From the NCBI GenBank assembly GCA_965262615.1, contig OZ253545.1:544001-608000 (forward strand): 64,000 nt of DNA, read 5' to 3'. This DNA comes from Alphaproteobacteria bacterium (GTDB lineage: Bacteria > Pseudomonadota > Alphaproteobacteria > GM7ARS4 > G965262615). Both the position numbers and the translations under genes were made by a program. The notes under the pieces were generated by a model. The model worked only from the letters and a program-made list of their open reading frames with translations, did not search any database and was not told the origin of the DNA. Positions 29,977 through 40,491 of this stretch are shown here, piece by piece (position 1 is the stretch's first letter; the number at the start of each line of letters is the position of its first letter).

Positions 29977-31776
29977 ATGTCGTCATATAACACAGTTGAG
30001 GATGTTCTTCATGAAATTGAGGGGGAGAAGAAATTTAAGGGTTTAAAATATCCACAGCTGCTTTCTCTTGCGGCAATTCAGTATTTTGTTTTTAAGGACA
30101 AAGATACAGATAGGCTCAAAAAAGATTTTTTGACAGACGGTAAAAACGATGGCGGGGTTGATGCCATTGTTTCGTTGTCAGGTGTTTATGGGCAAGCAGG
30201 TGAGGGATTGGTCATTATCCAATCAAAGTATACAGACAACATCACAGCTGGTGAGATTGAAGGCGAGTGGCGGAAGATTATGGGGACGATACAAAAGATT
30301 AAAGAAGGGGATACAAAAAATGTAAAGGATGAAGTGTCATCAGTTCTTAGCATAGCTGTGAAGGCGAATGAAGAAATTGAAATAATCTTCATGACAAGTG
30401 CCTCCAGTGCTAACAAGTCTAGCATTGAAAGTAAAATCGCAGATTTGAATGACGAAGATGATGCCGTGCAGGCGAAGGCATATTTTGGCAACGATTTGTT
30501 GGAGCAGAAGGAGTTTGTGTCCGATCCAAATATTTGCGTTGATATGGGTAGCCTTGACTTGTGGAAAGGCACTGGTTCGAATCAATCATCTTTTTTGGAA
30601 CATGATTTTGATAATTTGAAAGGCAAGATTGTCAGTGTCAGTGCTCGGAGTTTGAAAAATCTTGCCGAAAAGCATATCAAGAAAGGGCTGCTGGAAGGCA
30701 ATTTGCGTTCTTACATCAAGGAAAAAAGGGTGGATGAGAGAATCGATTACACCATTGAAAATGAACCTGACGAGTTTTGGTTTCTCAATAATGGCATCAC
30801 CATTTTTACTGAAGGTGTGGAAATTGAGGATTATAAATTGAATCTTAAGAATTTTTCCATCGTCAATGGCGGTCAGACGACCTTTCGTTTGAAAGAGGTG
30901 TTTCATAAAAATGGAGACTTTCCAATTGTATGTAAGGTGATTACTTTTGAAAGTGATGATGATGATGAAAAAAATAAGATGAAATTAAAAATTGCTTCTG
31001 CGTCAAATACGCAGAAACGCATAAAGCCGCAAGATCAACACTCCAATGATAGGGAGCAGAGGGATTTGAAAGAATTGCTGGAAAAGCAAGATCCTCCTGT
31101 GTTTTACAAAATTAAAAGTGGCAATCTTTTCCAAGAAAAGATGAAAGGTAAGAGTGTCGAAAAATGGCAAAAAATAGATATTAAAAAAATGACACGAATT
31201 CTTTGTGCCACGAGATTGGCGAGACCTGATGAAGCTTTTGCTAGACCAGATGACATTTTTAGAATCAAAGATGATTTGTATGAAAGGATTTTTCACTCAG
31301 GCACGCGAGATATCCCTTTTATTGTTGATGCCGTTCGTTTGTGTTCTGTCTGGGAAAATTGGTCAAAAAAATGGCTCATCGACAATAAAGATCCAGATGT
31401 AAAAACGCTTGAAGAAGAAGCTGTTAAAAAGTCTTGTTGGCATACTTTGGCAGTGATACACCTTGCCATTAAAGAGATGCGAGGGGACTTAGACCGAAAA
31501 AAAATTAATGAAACCCATAAATGGGAAGACGAAATTGCTCGCGAGGTGAAGACAGATTCTTTCATTAAGTGTGAATATGAAGATGCGAGAGAAAAGTATG
31601 ATGAACTTTTTTATTTCATTAGCTCAAAAGTAGTCACTATTTTTTCTAGTGAAATAGGAAAAAAATTAAAAAACAAAGACGCGTGGAACGAGCTGAGTAA
31701 GTCATGCTTGAACGATTTGAGGGAGTTTAGTGGTTGGCGAGAATTAATCCAAGATTTATTTATCACGAAAAAGTGA
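29977..31776 (+). CDS. AIPR (abortive infection phage resistance) family protein
   Basis: N-terminal DGKNDGGVDAI..IQSKY; NLRSYI, FWFLNNGITI, IVNGGQTT, SNTQKRI. AT-rich. Confidence 0.85.
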   Translation: MSSYNTVEDVLHEIEGEKKFKGLKYPQLLSLAAIQYFVFKDKDTDRLKKDFLTDGKNDGGVDAIVSLSGVYGQAGEGLVIIQSKYTDNITAGEIEGEWRKIMGTIQKIKEGDTKNVKDEVSSVLSIAVKANEEIEIIFMTSASSANKSSIESKIADLNDEDDAVQAKAYFGNDLLEQKEFVSDPNICVDMGSLDLWKGTGSNQSSFLEHDFDNLKGKIVSVSARSLKNLAEKHIKKGLLEGNLRSYIKEKRVDERIDYTIENEPDEFWFLNNGITIFTEGVEIEDYKLNLKNFSIVNGGQTTFRLKEVFHKNGDFPIVCKVITFESDDDDEKNKMKLKIASASNTQKRIKPQDQHSNDREQRDLKELLEKQDPPVFYKIKSGNLFQEKMKGKSVEKWQKIDIKKMTRILCATRLARPDEAFARPDDIFRIKDDLYERIFHSGTRDIPFIVDAVRLCSVWENWSKKWLIDNKDPDVKTLEEEAVKKSCWHTLAVIHLAIKEMRGDLDRKKINETHKWEDEIAREVKTDSFIKCEYEDAREKYDELFYFISSKVVTIFSSEIGKKLKNKDAWNELSKSCLNDLREFSGWRELIQDLFITKK

Positions 31777-31829
31777 TAGGTAAACCGACCCTTTCGTGGG
31801 GTTTTTGCTCATGACTAGAGAGCCTTAAA

Positions 31830-33242
31830 CTATAGGGACTTAAGAATTTTTTCCACCATTTTTTTGGCATCGCCAAACAGCATCATGGTGTTGTCGCTAA
31901 AAAAGAGTTCGTTTTCAATGCCGGCGTATCCTGCACCGAGGGAGCGTTTGCAAAAAAGCACCGTTTGGGCTCGTTCCACATCAAGAATGGGCATGCCATA
32001 GATGGGGCTTTGTTCGTCGTTTTTGGCGGCGGGGTTGGTGATGTCATTCGCGCCGATGACAAACGCCACTTCGGTTTGCCCAAAATCCTTGTTGATATCA
32101 TCCAGCTCAAACACATCATCATAGGGGGTTTGAGCTTCGGCAAGAAGCACATTCATGTGACCGGGCATCCGTCCCGCCACAGGGTGGATGGCGTACCGCA
32201 CCGTGATACCCATTTGTTGCAGTTGCTGAGTCATTTCCTGCACCACATGCTGAGCTTGGGCGACCGCCAGTCCATAGCCGGGCACAATGATGACAGAGGC
32301 GGCATTTTTGAGGATGAACGCCGCGTCGCTGCCATTGCCCTCTTTGACAGGGCGTTGTTCTTGCGCGGTGGGTGAGGCAACGGTATCATCGCCGCCAAAG
32401 CCACCGAGAATGACACTGATGAACGAGCGGTTCATGCCCTTGCACATGATATAGCTCAAAATCGCCCCCGATGATCCCACCAGTGCGCCGGTGATAATCA
32501 GCAGGTGATGATCCAACGTGAAGCCGATGCCCGCCGCCGCCCATCCCGAATAGGAATTGAGCATGGAGACCACCACGGGCATATCCGCACCGCCAATGGG
32601 AATAATCAGAGTGATGCCCAACACGGTGGCAAGGATGATGGCAATGGCAAAGGCAGCATCATTGTGACCAAAGGCGAACAATCCAATGGCGGCAAAAATG
32701 GCAAGAATGAGCAAGCCATTGCACACATGGGTCAGGCGAAAAATAATGGGAGCAGAGGTCATAATTCCTTGCAGCTTGGCAGCCGCAATGAGGGAGCCGG
32801 TGAAGGTCATCGCTCCAATGGCACCGCCCAGACTCATTTCTATGGCGGAGGCGGCGGATATATCACCTCCCATCATGACAATGCCATAGGCGTGGGGATT
32901 CAAAAAGGCAGCCCATGCCACCAACACGGCGGCGAGTCCCACAAGGCTATGAAAAAAGGCGACCAATTGAGGCAAATCGGTCATGGCAATGGAACGGGCA
33001 ATTCCAATGCCCACCACGCCGCCGCCCAGCAGCATCATCACAATGACAAACAGACTTTGCACCTGCGGCATGGTGAGAGTCACCACAATCGCCAACGCCA
33101 TGCCCACCATGCCAAACACATTGCCGCGCCGCGCCGTCTCAGGATGCGCGAGACCCTGCAGTGCAAAAATAAAGCACAGCGAGGCAATCGCATAGAACAA
33201 GGATGCCTGATCAACAGAAAGTGTGGGGATAGAGGTCATCAT
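31830..33242 (-). CDS. pntB: NAD(P) transhydrogenase beta subunit
   Basis: PQLVAFFHSLVG, IGGADMPVVVSMLNSYSG, HPVAGRMPGHMNVLLAEA. Confidence 0.96.
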   Translation of the reverse strand: MMTSIPTLSVDQASLFYAIASLCFIFALQGLAHPETARRGNVFGMVGMALAIVVTLTMPQVQSLFVIVMMLLGGGVVGIGIARSIAMTDLPQLVAFFHSLVGLAAVLVAWAAFLNPHAYGIVMMGGDISAASAIEMSLGGAIGAMTFTGSLIAAAKLQGIMTSAPIIFRLTHVCNGLLILAIFAAIGLFAFGHNDAAFAIAIILATVLGITLIIPIGGADMPVVVSMLNSYSGWAAAGIGFTLDHHLLIITGALVGSSGAILSYIMCKGMNRSFISVILGGFGGDDTVASPTAQEQRPVKEGNGSDAAFILKNAASVIIVPGYGLAVAQAQHVVQEMTQQLQQMGITVRYAIHPVAGRMPGHMNVLLAEAQTPYDDVFELDDINKDFGQTEVAFVIGANDITNPAAKNDEQSPIYGMPILDVERAQTVLFCKRSLGAGYAGIENELFFSDNTMMLFGDAKKMVEKILKSL

Positions 33243-33246
33243 GGCT

Positions 33247-33573
33247 TCACTTTTTCTTGACGAACATGGCAAGCATCCGTCTGGTGACAGCAAAGCCGCC
33301 AAAAATATTGATTGCCGCTAAAAAAATGGCAGCCGCCCCAATGACAACCGACAGGGCATCGCCCCCCGGTCCTGCGGCAATGATTGCCCCCACAATGATG
33401 ACGCTGGAGATGGCGTTGGTGACCGCCATCAAAGGCGCGTGCAGAGCGGGTGTCACGCCCCACACCACATAATAGCCCACCAGTATGGCAAGCACAAAAA
33501 CCGTCAGCCCCAAAAGCAGAGGATCGGCGGCGGCACTGCTGAATGTCGTTGTCTCCATTGTATGTGTATTCAT
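33247..33573 (-). CDS. pntAB: NAD(P) transhydrogenase alpha subunit part 2
   Basis: VTPALHAPLMAVTNAIS, NIFGGFAVTRRMLAMF. Confidence 0.93.
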   Translation of the reverse strand: MNTHTMETTTFSSAAADPLLLGLTVFVLAILVGYYVVWGVTPALHAPLMAVTNAISSVIIVGAIIAAGPGGDALSVVIGAAAIFLAAINIFGGFAVTRRMLAMFVKKK

Positions 33574-33582
33574 GAGGCTCTC

Positions 33583-34674
33583 CTAAAGAAGGGTGGCTGT
33601 GATGATATCATCCTGGGCATCAAAAGTGATGTCGTGCGATTCATCGCTTGTGAACAACTGGGTGATGAATTGGGTGATGTTGCGTCCCAGCAAAAAGCTG
33701 GCATCATGAGGCATACGCGCGGCGAGATTGCTCCAGCCGATGATGGTGACCTGCTTGTGGGTGACGATTGTATCGGTTTGTGTCAAAGCACAATTGCCAC
33801 CGCCACTGGCGGCAATATCCACAATGACAGACCCTGCGCGCATGGATTCCACCATTTTTTGATCAATGAGAACGGGTGCTTTTTTTTGCGGAATCAATGC
33901 GGTGGTGATGACAATATCCTGCTGCGGAATGTGGTCTCTGAGCAATTGGTCTTGTTTCTTTTTGTAGCTGGCACTGACCTCGCGAGCATAGCCTCCTTGT
34001 TCGTCACTTTGCTGTCCCTCTTGGTCATCGCTTGTGATGAAAGTTGCGCCCACACTGGTGACTTGTTGGGCGGCGGCTGCGCGCACATCATAGGCACTGG
34101 TGATGCCCCCCAGACGGCGAGCGGTGGCAAGAGCTTGCAACCCCGCAACCCCTGCGCCAATCACAAACACTCGTGCGGCTTTGATAGAACCCGCCGCCGT
34201 CATCATCATGGGCAACAGGCGCGGGTAGTGGTGAGCTGCTTCCAAAATTGCCCGATAGCCCGCAAGATTGCTTTGCGAGGACAACACATCCATGCCTTGA
34301 GCCCGTGTGATGCGCGGCAGGCGTTCTAGGGCAAACAATTGCAGCGATTTTTGCCGTGCCACCGCAAGAGCGTCATCGGGTGTTGCCGTGAGCAAGCCCA
34401 TCACAATCGCCCCATCGCGCATGGCTCGCAAATCTGTGACGGATGGCGGCGCAAGAGTCACGATGATGTGTGCGTTTAATCCTTCACTGGCGTTTGTCAG
34501 CAGTTTTGCTCCTGCTTGCTTGTAGGCATCATCCTGATACTGAGCCTGCATCCCACCGCCTTTGACACACACCATCTTGCCGCCCCATCGCTCAAGAGCC
34601 ATCACATTTTCTGGCGTGAGCGCGACGCGCGGCTCGGAATCATCGGATGGATACACAAAAACAGATATTGTCAT
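33583..34674 (-). CDS. pntAA: NAD(P) transhydrogenase alpha subunit part 1
   Basis: PRITRAQGMDVLSSQSNLAGY, GAGVAGLQA, GGYA, ITTALIP. Confidence 0.93.
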   Translation of the reverse strand: MTISVFVYPSDDSEPRVALTPENVMALERWGGKMVCVKGGGMQAQYQDDAYKQAGAKLLTNASEGLNAHIIVTLAPPSVTDLRAMRDGAIVMGLLTATPDDALAVARQKSLQLFALERLPRITRAQGMDVLSSQSNLAGYRAILEAAHHYPRLLPMMMTAAGSIKAARVFVIGAGVAGLQALATARRLGGITSAYDVRAAAAQQVTSVGATFITSDDQEGQQSDEQGGYAREVSASYKKKQDQLLRDHIPQQDIVITTALIPQKKAPVLIDQKMVESMRAGSVIVDIAASGGGNCALTQTDTIVTHKQVTIIGWSNLAARMPHDASFLLGRNITQFITQLFTSDESHDITFDAQDDIITATLL

Positions 34675-34678
34675 GGCA

Positions 34679-35413
34679 TTAGCGACCTCTGCGCACCACA
34701 GGTTCGCTCGGGCGTTGCCTTTCGGCAGGCTCTTCTTCCAAAAAGGGCACTGAGTCTGGAAGCTGAGACAATGATTTTGAAAAAAATTCGCTCATCATAT
34801 TTATTTCCCGAGACGGTAGGTAAGCTCTTCCATAATTGCGTGCCACTCTGGTTGCTTTTGTGACATAGGGCATCATGATTTTTTCAGAATGCTTTGACAA
34901 CGAACACCCTTGTGCAAAAATGCCTTGCATATCAGGCGGAACATAAGTCCGCCCGTAGCACGACAAACGAAGCACCCCAAAGGCTACAGCTCCCAAAATA
35001 GCAAGCTTCAATGTCAAGCGCAACAATCGTTTCATGATATCGAACGGAAAGCGCAGCACCCGCCAGACAAGACGCCACAGATTAAGAATCAATCGCTGGA
35101 CAGCTGAAAAAAAATTCTTGATTAGAGCAATCACCCGACGCACAAAAGAAACCGCTGCAACTCTGACACTTCTTCTGGGAACATCCCATGCTTCAAATTC
35201 GTCATCATCGTGACGGGAGGGCGTGTCGGTCTTTGGTGGAGGGGGCTTTTTATTGGTGAATCGCTTGCTTTTTGATTGTGCGGGTTCTTGCATCACGCCA
35301 TGCCACCGATGTCCACAATTGTTGCAGCGCATCAGACGCCCCGCCTTGGGAATCAAATCTTCCAAGACAGAAAAGCGCGCATCGCACGAGGGACATATAA
35401 TCACAACCGGCAT
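34679..35413 (-). CDS. Zinc-ribbon (MJ0042-type) membrane protein
   Basis: ICPSCDARF...IP..GR.MRCNNCGHRW. Divergent from ftsE, the usual alphaproteobacterial context. Confidence 0.8.
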   Translation of the reverse strand: MPVVIICPSCDARFSVLEDLIPKAGRLMRCNNCGHRWHGVMQEPAQSKSKRFTNKKPPPPKTDTPSRHDDDEFEAWDVPRRSVRVAAVSFVRRVIALIKNFFSAVQRLILNLWRLVWRVLRFPFDIMKRLLRLTLKLAILGAVAFGVLRLSCYGRTYVPPDMQGIFAQGCSLSKHSEKIMMPYVTKATRVARNYGRAYLPSREINMMSEFFSKSLSQLPDSVPFLEEEPAERQRPSEPVVRRGR

Positions 35414-35503
35414 GACTGTAGCTTCTCGTTTGTGACTTGTTTGTCAAGAGACTATTTTCATCTCACCCTTTTTATGGGTCATGAATGTGATACACTGATT
35501 GTC

Positions 35504-36181
35504 ATGAGTGATGTTCAGTTTGCCCATTGCGACAATGTGTCCCTGCGCTACGGCAATAAAGCACCCATTTTGCGCGATGTCACCATGACTTTGCAACGAG
35601 GACACTTTTATTTCCTTACGGGAGAGTCCGGTGCGGGGAAATCAACTTTTTTGAAGTTGCTTTATATGGCTCACCTTCCCACGGCGGGCTCTTTGTATCT
35701 GTTTGATAAGGATGTCAAAACGGCTTCTCGTCATGAGCGTGTTTTAATTCGTCGGCGTTTGGGGGTGGTGTTTCAAAATTTTCGTCTGCTGCACCATTTG
35801 AATGCATTGGAGAATGCCGCCCTGCCGCTATATTTGGCGGGGCACGGCTATGAGGATTCTCTGGCGCGAGCGCGCCAATTTCTCAACTGGGTGGGGATGG
35901 ATGAATATGCCGATGCCTATCCCTCCACATTGTCCGGAGGGCAACAACAGCGCATCGCCATCGTCCGAGCCGTGATTCATAAGCCCGCTCTCATTCTCGC
36001 CGATGAGCCCACAGGAAGCGTGGATAAAAACAGTGCCATGCGATTTTTTCGCTTGTTTGAAGAACTCAATCGCCTGGGGGCAGCCGTGATTGTCGCCACT
36101 CACGATGCCACACTGGTGAAGCAATATGCCTATGATGTGTTGCATTTGCACAAGGGAACACTGCGGTTGCAATCATCATGA
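35504..36181 (+). CDS. ftsE: Cell division ATP-binding protein FtsE
   Basis: GESGAGKST, VVFQNFRLL, LSGGQQQR, LADEPTG. Confidence 0.92.
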   Translation: MSDVQFAHCDNVSLRYGNKAPILRDVTMTLQRGHFYFLTGESGAGKSTFLKLLYMAHLPTAGSLYLFDKDVKTASRHERVLIRRRLGVVFQNFRLLHHLNALENAALPLYLAGHGYEDSLARARQFLNWVGMDEYADAYPSTLSGGQQQRIAIVRAVIHKPALILADEPTGSVDKNSAMRFFRLFEELNRLGAAVIVATHDATLVKQYAYDVLHLHKGTLRLQSS

Positions 36182-37053
36182 GCCTGTCTATCATTCCCTC
36201 TCGCCAGGACGAAGCCCTACGCGTTTTGCGGCGCATTGTGTCGTTCACCATGTTTTTGAGCAGCTTGCTCATTGCCATGATTTTGGTCACATCCTATTTT
36301 ATTGAGGGGGTGCGTTTTGAATTGGCGGGGCAGGTCACCGTGCAAATCGCCACCGAACAGAGCTTGGGAAGCGTCCCCACAAGCACAAAAAAAAATGTCT
36401 ACCAATTGGTCTCTCAGGTGGAGGGTGTGCGGCAGATCTCTATTCTGAGTCTGGCACAGGTCAAGGAATTGATGCAGCCGTGGCTACGCAGCGGCGTGGA
36501 TTTTCTGGATGAACTGCCATTGCCTCTGATTCTTGATATCACTGTTGCGCGCGATTCTTTCAATCCCGATGATATTCGCTCGGTTTTGACGCAAGCGGGC
36601 TATGAGGTGGTGGTGGATGATCATTTGTTGTGGTTTGCTCGTCATTACGGCTTGCTCAATCGCCTGCACCTGTTGTTATTGGCGTTGATGGGTGTGATTT
36701 TCGTTGCTTTGTTATTGGTTGTGGTGCGCACCGCCCATGCATCATTGGCTCTCAATGGCGAGACGGTGTCGGTTTTGCGAATTATTGGCGGCGGCGATGG
36801 TGTCATTGCTCGAGCATTTGCCTCCCACACGCTGATGGTGACACTGCGGTCATGCTTGTTGGGAATTTTTTGGGCGTTGGTGATTCTGGCGGCAATCGTC
36901 TATGGAGACGATTCCGAGCGTCTGCTCTCCTTGCCCAAGCGATTGTTGCAATTGTTTGGCTATGGCATGTTATTGCTCAGTGCGGTCACGGCTTTTGCCA
37001 CGATGGTGACCACATGGATGACCTGCCGTTCGTTATTGCATCGTCAGCCGTGA
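36178..37053 (+). CDS. ftsX: Cell division permease FtsX
   Basis: Follows ftsE; TM segments, L.PW, LPLP.ILDI, DDH..W. Confidence 0.85.
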   Translation: MSLSIIPSRQDEALRVLRRIVSFTMFLSSLLIAMILVTSYFIEGVRFELAGQVTVQIATEQSLGSVPTSTKKNVYQLVSQVEGVRQISILSLAQVKELMQPWLRSGVDFLDELPLPLILDITVARDSFNPDDIRSVLTQAGYEVVVDDHLLWFARHYGLLNRLHLLLLALMGVIFVALLLVVVRTAHASLALNGETVSVLRIIGGGDGVIARAFASHTLMVTLRSCLLGIFWALVILAAIVYGDDSERLLSLPKRLLQLFGYGMLLLSAVTAFATMVTTWMTCRSLLHRQP

Positions 37054-37068
37054 ATCACGCCCAACACA

Positions 37069-37947
37069 TCAAGCATGACCAAATTCCTGTTGCTTGATGG
37101 CTTGAATGGTGTGATTCATCAATTTCGTGATTTTGCGCAACGCCCCTGCCTCAATTTGACGCACCCGTTCCCGTGAGATGCCATAGTCGCGCGCCAATGT
37201 TTGCAAGGTGGTGGGCTCGTCCTTCATCTGGCGTTCGGTCAGAATGTGCCGTTCCCGCTCATTGAGCTCTCGCATGGCTTGTTTCAACAAGCGTTTTTTC
37301 TTCTCGTCATCCAAGTGGTCAATGACGGTTTCTTCAAGAGGGGCATCATCGCTGGGGAAAATATCCATGTATTGCTGGTCTCCCTGTTCGCCCACGGGCT
37401 TGTGCAAAGACACATCCGAGCCAGAGAGGCGGCGATTCATGTCAATAACATCGGCATGACTCACCCCCATGGTGGTGGCAACACGCGCCACTTCTTGCGG
37501 GGCTAAATCACCGTTATCAGACATTTGCAGCTTCTTCTTGAGAGAGCGCAAGCCAAAAAACAGTTTTTTGCGTCCCGAGGCACTGCCGGTGCGCACGATA
37601 GACCAGTTGTTCAAAATGTATTCGGTCATTGACGCTTTAATCCACCACATGGCGTAGGTGGAGAGACGAAAGCCCAATTCAGGATTGAAGCCATCAATGG
37701 CTCGCAACAAGCCCAGAACTCCCTCGCCCACCATGTCATGATGATCCAAGCCGTAACCACGATAGCCCGCAGCAATCTTCGCCACAAGGCGCATATGGGA
37801 TTCAACCAGACGCTCGCGCGCCTTATAGTCTTGATGATGCAACCAGCGACGAGACAAAGAAACCTCCTCGTCCGCCGTCAGAAGATCATGGCGGGTGAGA
37901 GAATAGCGTTGCATCATCAGGGTTCTCGGGATGGTGGATGGGGACAT
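37069..37947 (-). CDS. rpoH: RNA polymerase sigma-32 family factor
   Basis: SHMRLVAKIA.GYRGYGL, GFRLSTYAMWWIKA, YILNNWSIV, KKLFFGLR, ISRERVRQIE. Confidence 0.9.
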   Translation of the reverse strand: MSPSTIPRTLMMQRYSLTRHDLLTADEEVSLSRRWLHHQDYKARERLVESHMRLVAKIAAGYRGYGLDHHDMVGEGVLGLLRAIDGFNPELGFRLSTYAMWWIKASMTEYILNNWSIVRTGSASGRKKLFFGLRSLKKKLQMSDNGDLAPQEVARVATTMGVSHADVIDMNRRLSGSDVSLHKPVGEQGDQQYMDIFPSDDAPLEETVIDHLDDEKKKRLLKQAMRELNERERHILTERQMKDEPTTLQTLARDYGISRERVRQIEAGALRKITKLMNHTIQAIKQQEFGHA

Positions 37948-38187
37948 GGGACACTCCTTAAAGCAAGTGATGGTCAATCTGTTAGCCTCAACAAGCACTA
38001 ACACCCCATGAGATAGCACAATTGCTATGAAGGCAGCGTGAATGGGTGATATTGAGCCTATTCATGGTTTTTCTTGGGTTTTTCTAGGTTTTTCTTGATA
38101 TTTTTTAGTAACAAAAATCGTCTCAGTGCTCCTTTTTGTCTTTTACTTCTTGTATTTATGTGCGATTATCTATACATTGTGATTGCT

Positions 38188-38868
38188 ATGGATTTGCTGA
38201 TTTTAGGGACAGCCTTATTGGTTTTGTTGTTTCGCTTGTGGAGCTTGTTGGGGGAGCGGTCTCCTGATGAGAAGCCGCCGCGGGGCTTGGCTCCGTTGAC
38301 AATGGCGGAAGATGCCGCCGAGGCGGCACGAGAAGTGTCGGCTCTGGGAGAGCAAGAACAGAAAAGACAAAGCCAGGAGCAAGAACAGACAATTCCTGTC
38401 AAAGATCAGGCGGTGTATGAAAAACATCCTGTGCTCAAGGAGGTTGCCAGCAAAGATCCTCAGTTTTCGTTGGATGATTTTTTCAAGGGGGCACGCTACG
38501 CCTTTGCCACCATCATTGAAGCTTTTACCAATGATTCCCTTCAGACCATTCGTCCTCTCTTGTCACCGAAAGTCATGGCGCGCTTGCGAGAGGCTTTGCG
38601 TGAGCGCAACAGTCACAGACGTCGTCAGGAGACCCATGTGATTTCGGTGGACAAATGTGAGATTGTGGATGTGTCTTTGGAGAAGGGAAAAATTTATCTC
38701 ACGGTTCAATTCTTATCCACGCAAATCAATGCCCTCTATGATACGGTGGGCAAATTGGTTGATGGGGATCCGCAGAAAATGAACAAAATTTCCGATAAGT
38801 GGACATTCGTTCGTCCTTTGCGCGCACAAGATCCCAATTGGACCTTGTCTGATATTCACGCGACTTAA
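38188..38868 (+). CDS. Tim44/TimA-like protein
   Basis: LFRLWSLLGER, DPQF....F..GA..AF..I, D.WTF.R....DPNW.L. Confidence 0.85.
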   Translation: MDLLILGTALLVLLFRLWSLLGERSPDEKPPRGLAPLTMAEDAAEAAREVSALGEQEQKRQSQEQEQTIPVKDQAVYEKHPVLKEVASKDPQFSLDDFFKGARYAFATIIEAFTNDSLQTIRPLLSPKVMARLREALRERNSHRRRQETHVISVDKCEIVDVSLEKGKIYLTVQFLSTQINALYDTVGKLVDGDPQKMNKISDKWTFVRPLRAQDPNWTLSDIHAT

Positions 38869-38881
38869 TCATTGGCTACTG

Positions 38882-40042
38882 TTGTTGGTGCTCTTGCTGG
38901 GGTGTGACTCTCGCGAGGGGTGGCAGGAGGGAGATATTTTTAGTGCCCGCCCACTGTCTTTTGTCCAGTTGCCTTTGTGGCTCAAGACCAATGAAGTTTC
39001 CGTTTGGCATGAGGCGATGCGGTCATTTCACTTTGCGTGTGAGGGTCTGGCGCACCGTGATTATCGGGTGATTCTGCCCACGCCACTGCCCACGCCGCCT
39101 GCCGCTCATTGGCGCACACTGTGTGAGGCGGCGGAAGATTTGCTGGCAAACGATTCGTCCTCTTTGCGCTTTTTTTTTGAAGACTTTTTTGTGCCCTATG
39201 AGATTCGTGTCCGCAATCAATCATCACTGCTGACCGGTTACTACGAGCCGCAATTGGCGGGGGCGCGAGAGAAAACCGAATCATTCACCGTCCCCTTGTA
39301 TGGTCGCCCTCACGATTTATTACAGCTCAAGGGTGAGGATTTTGGCTTGGAAGGCATCGCTTTGTGGGGCAAGGCGCATGAGGGAGCGTTTGTTCCCTAC
39401 GACACGCGCGGCGATGTGATGCGCGATGGATTGGAAGGACGCGCACCGCCTCTGGCATGGGTGAGCAATGACACCGATGCATTCTTTTTTGCCATTCAGG
39501 GCTCGGGGCGCATTGTCTTGCAAGATGGAACGGTGTTGCGTTTGGGATATGCGGCGCGCAATGGGCATGTGTATCGTTCGGTGGGGCGCGCCATGGCACA
39601 GCGAGGATTATTGCCATCCAGCCGATTATCGCAACAAGGAATTGGTCAGTTTCTTGAGGAAAATTCGCACCGCACGGTGGAGATTTTGTCCATCAATCCA
39701 TCGTATATTTTTTTCAAGGAGCTCACCCATTTGAATGATGACGAAGGACCTCTCGGCTCATTCGGCGTTCCCCTGGTGGCTGGGCACGCATTGGCGGTGG
39801 ATGATGAGATGCTTCCTTTGGGAATTCCTTTGTGGCTGGTGTTTTCTCATCCATTGAACGATGAGCCCATGGGGCGTATGATGATGACTCTGGACACTGG
39901 TGCGGCGATCAAGGGGGCGTTGCGCGGTGATATTTTTTGGGGCACCGGAGACGATGCTCTGGAGGTGGCGGGGCGAACAAAAACAACCGCATCATTTTTT
40001 GTCTTGTTGCCTCATGCCGAACGATTGGAGAATGTGCCATGA
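38882..40042 (+). CDS. mltA: Membrane-bound lytic murein transglycosylase A
   Basis: TGYYEP, IQGSG, NGH.Y.S, NPSYIFF, DTGAAIKG..RGDIFWG. Start is uncertain. Confidence 0.9.
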   Translation: MLVLLLGCDSREGWQEGDIFSARPLSFVQLPLWLKTNEVSVWHEAMRSFHFACEGLAHRDYRVILPTPLPTPPAAHWRTLCEAAEDLLANDSSSLRFFFEDFFVPYEIRVRNQSSLLTGYYEPQLAGAREKTESFTVPLYGRPHDLLQLKGEDFGLEGIALWGKAHEGAFVPYDTRGDVMRDGLEGRAPPLAWVSNDTDAFFFAIQGSGRIVLQDGTVLRLGYAARNGHVYRSVGRAMAQRGLLPSSRLSQQGIGQFLEENSHRTVEILSINPSYIFFKELTHLNDDEGPLGSFGVPLVAGHALAVDDEMLPLGIPLWLVFSHPLNDEPMGRMMMTLDTGAAIKGALRGDIFWGTGDDALEVAGRTKTTASFFVLLPHAERLENVP

Positions 40043-40491
40043 GTCATGATGATGAGCGGCAATGCTGGTTGGATGCCGTCAAAAATGTGACACCAATGGA
40101 AAAGGCGCGCCGCGTCTCCATTCATGCTCGTGAAGAAAATTTGACCATCTCACCTCATAAAAATAAAAAACGCCGTTCCTCTTCGGCTCAACCAAAACGA
40201 GCCATTCGTCAAAGGCAATTGAAATTTGACCGCATCATTGACTTGCACGGCTGTTCTCTCAGTGAGGCACAGCATAAAGTCAAACAGACGATTATTCATC
40301 GGCGTCATGAGCGTTGGTTTTTGTTCATCACCGGTCAGGGCAAAAAAGCGGGAGCGGATGATGGATTTCGTGGACAGGGCGTGATTCTCAATCACTTTCC
40401 TCAATGGATGAGAGCATCATCGGTGCGCGCCCATATCATTGATTTTGGCGCGTATGGTGCGGGGGCGTATTATGTTCATGTGAGGCGATGA
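40039..40491 (+). CDS. Smr/MutS2 domain protein
   Basis: IDLHG, ITGQG, GAGAYYV. Confidence 0.82.
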   Translation: MSHDDERQCWLDAVKNVTPMEKARRVSIHAREENLTISPHKNKKRRSSSAQPKRAIRQRQLKFDRIIDLHGCSLSEAQHKVKQTIIHRRHERWFLFITGQGKKAGADDGFRGQGVILNHFPQWMRASSVRAHIIDFGAYGAGAYYVHVRR

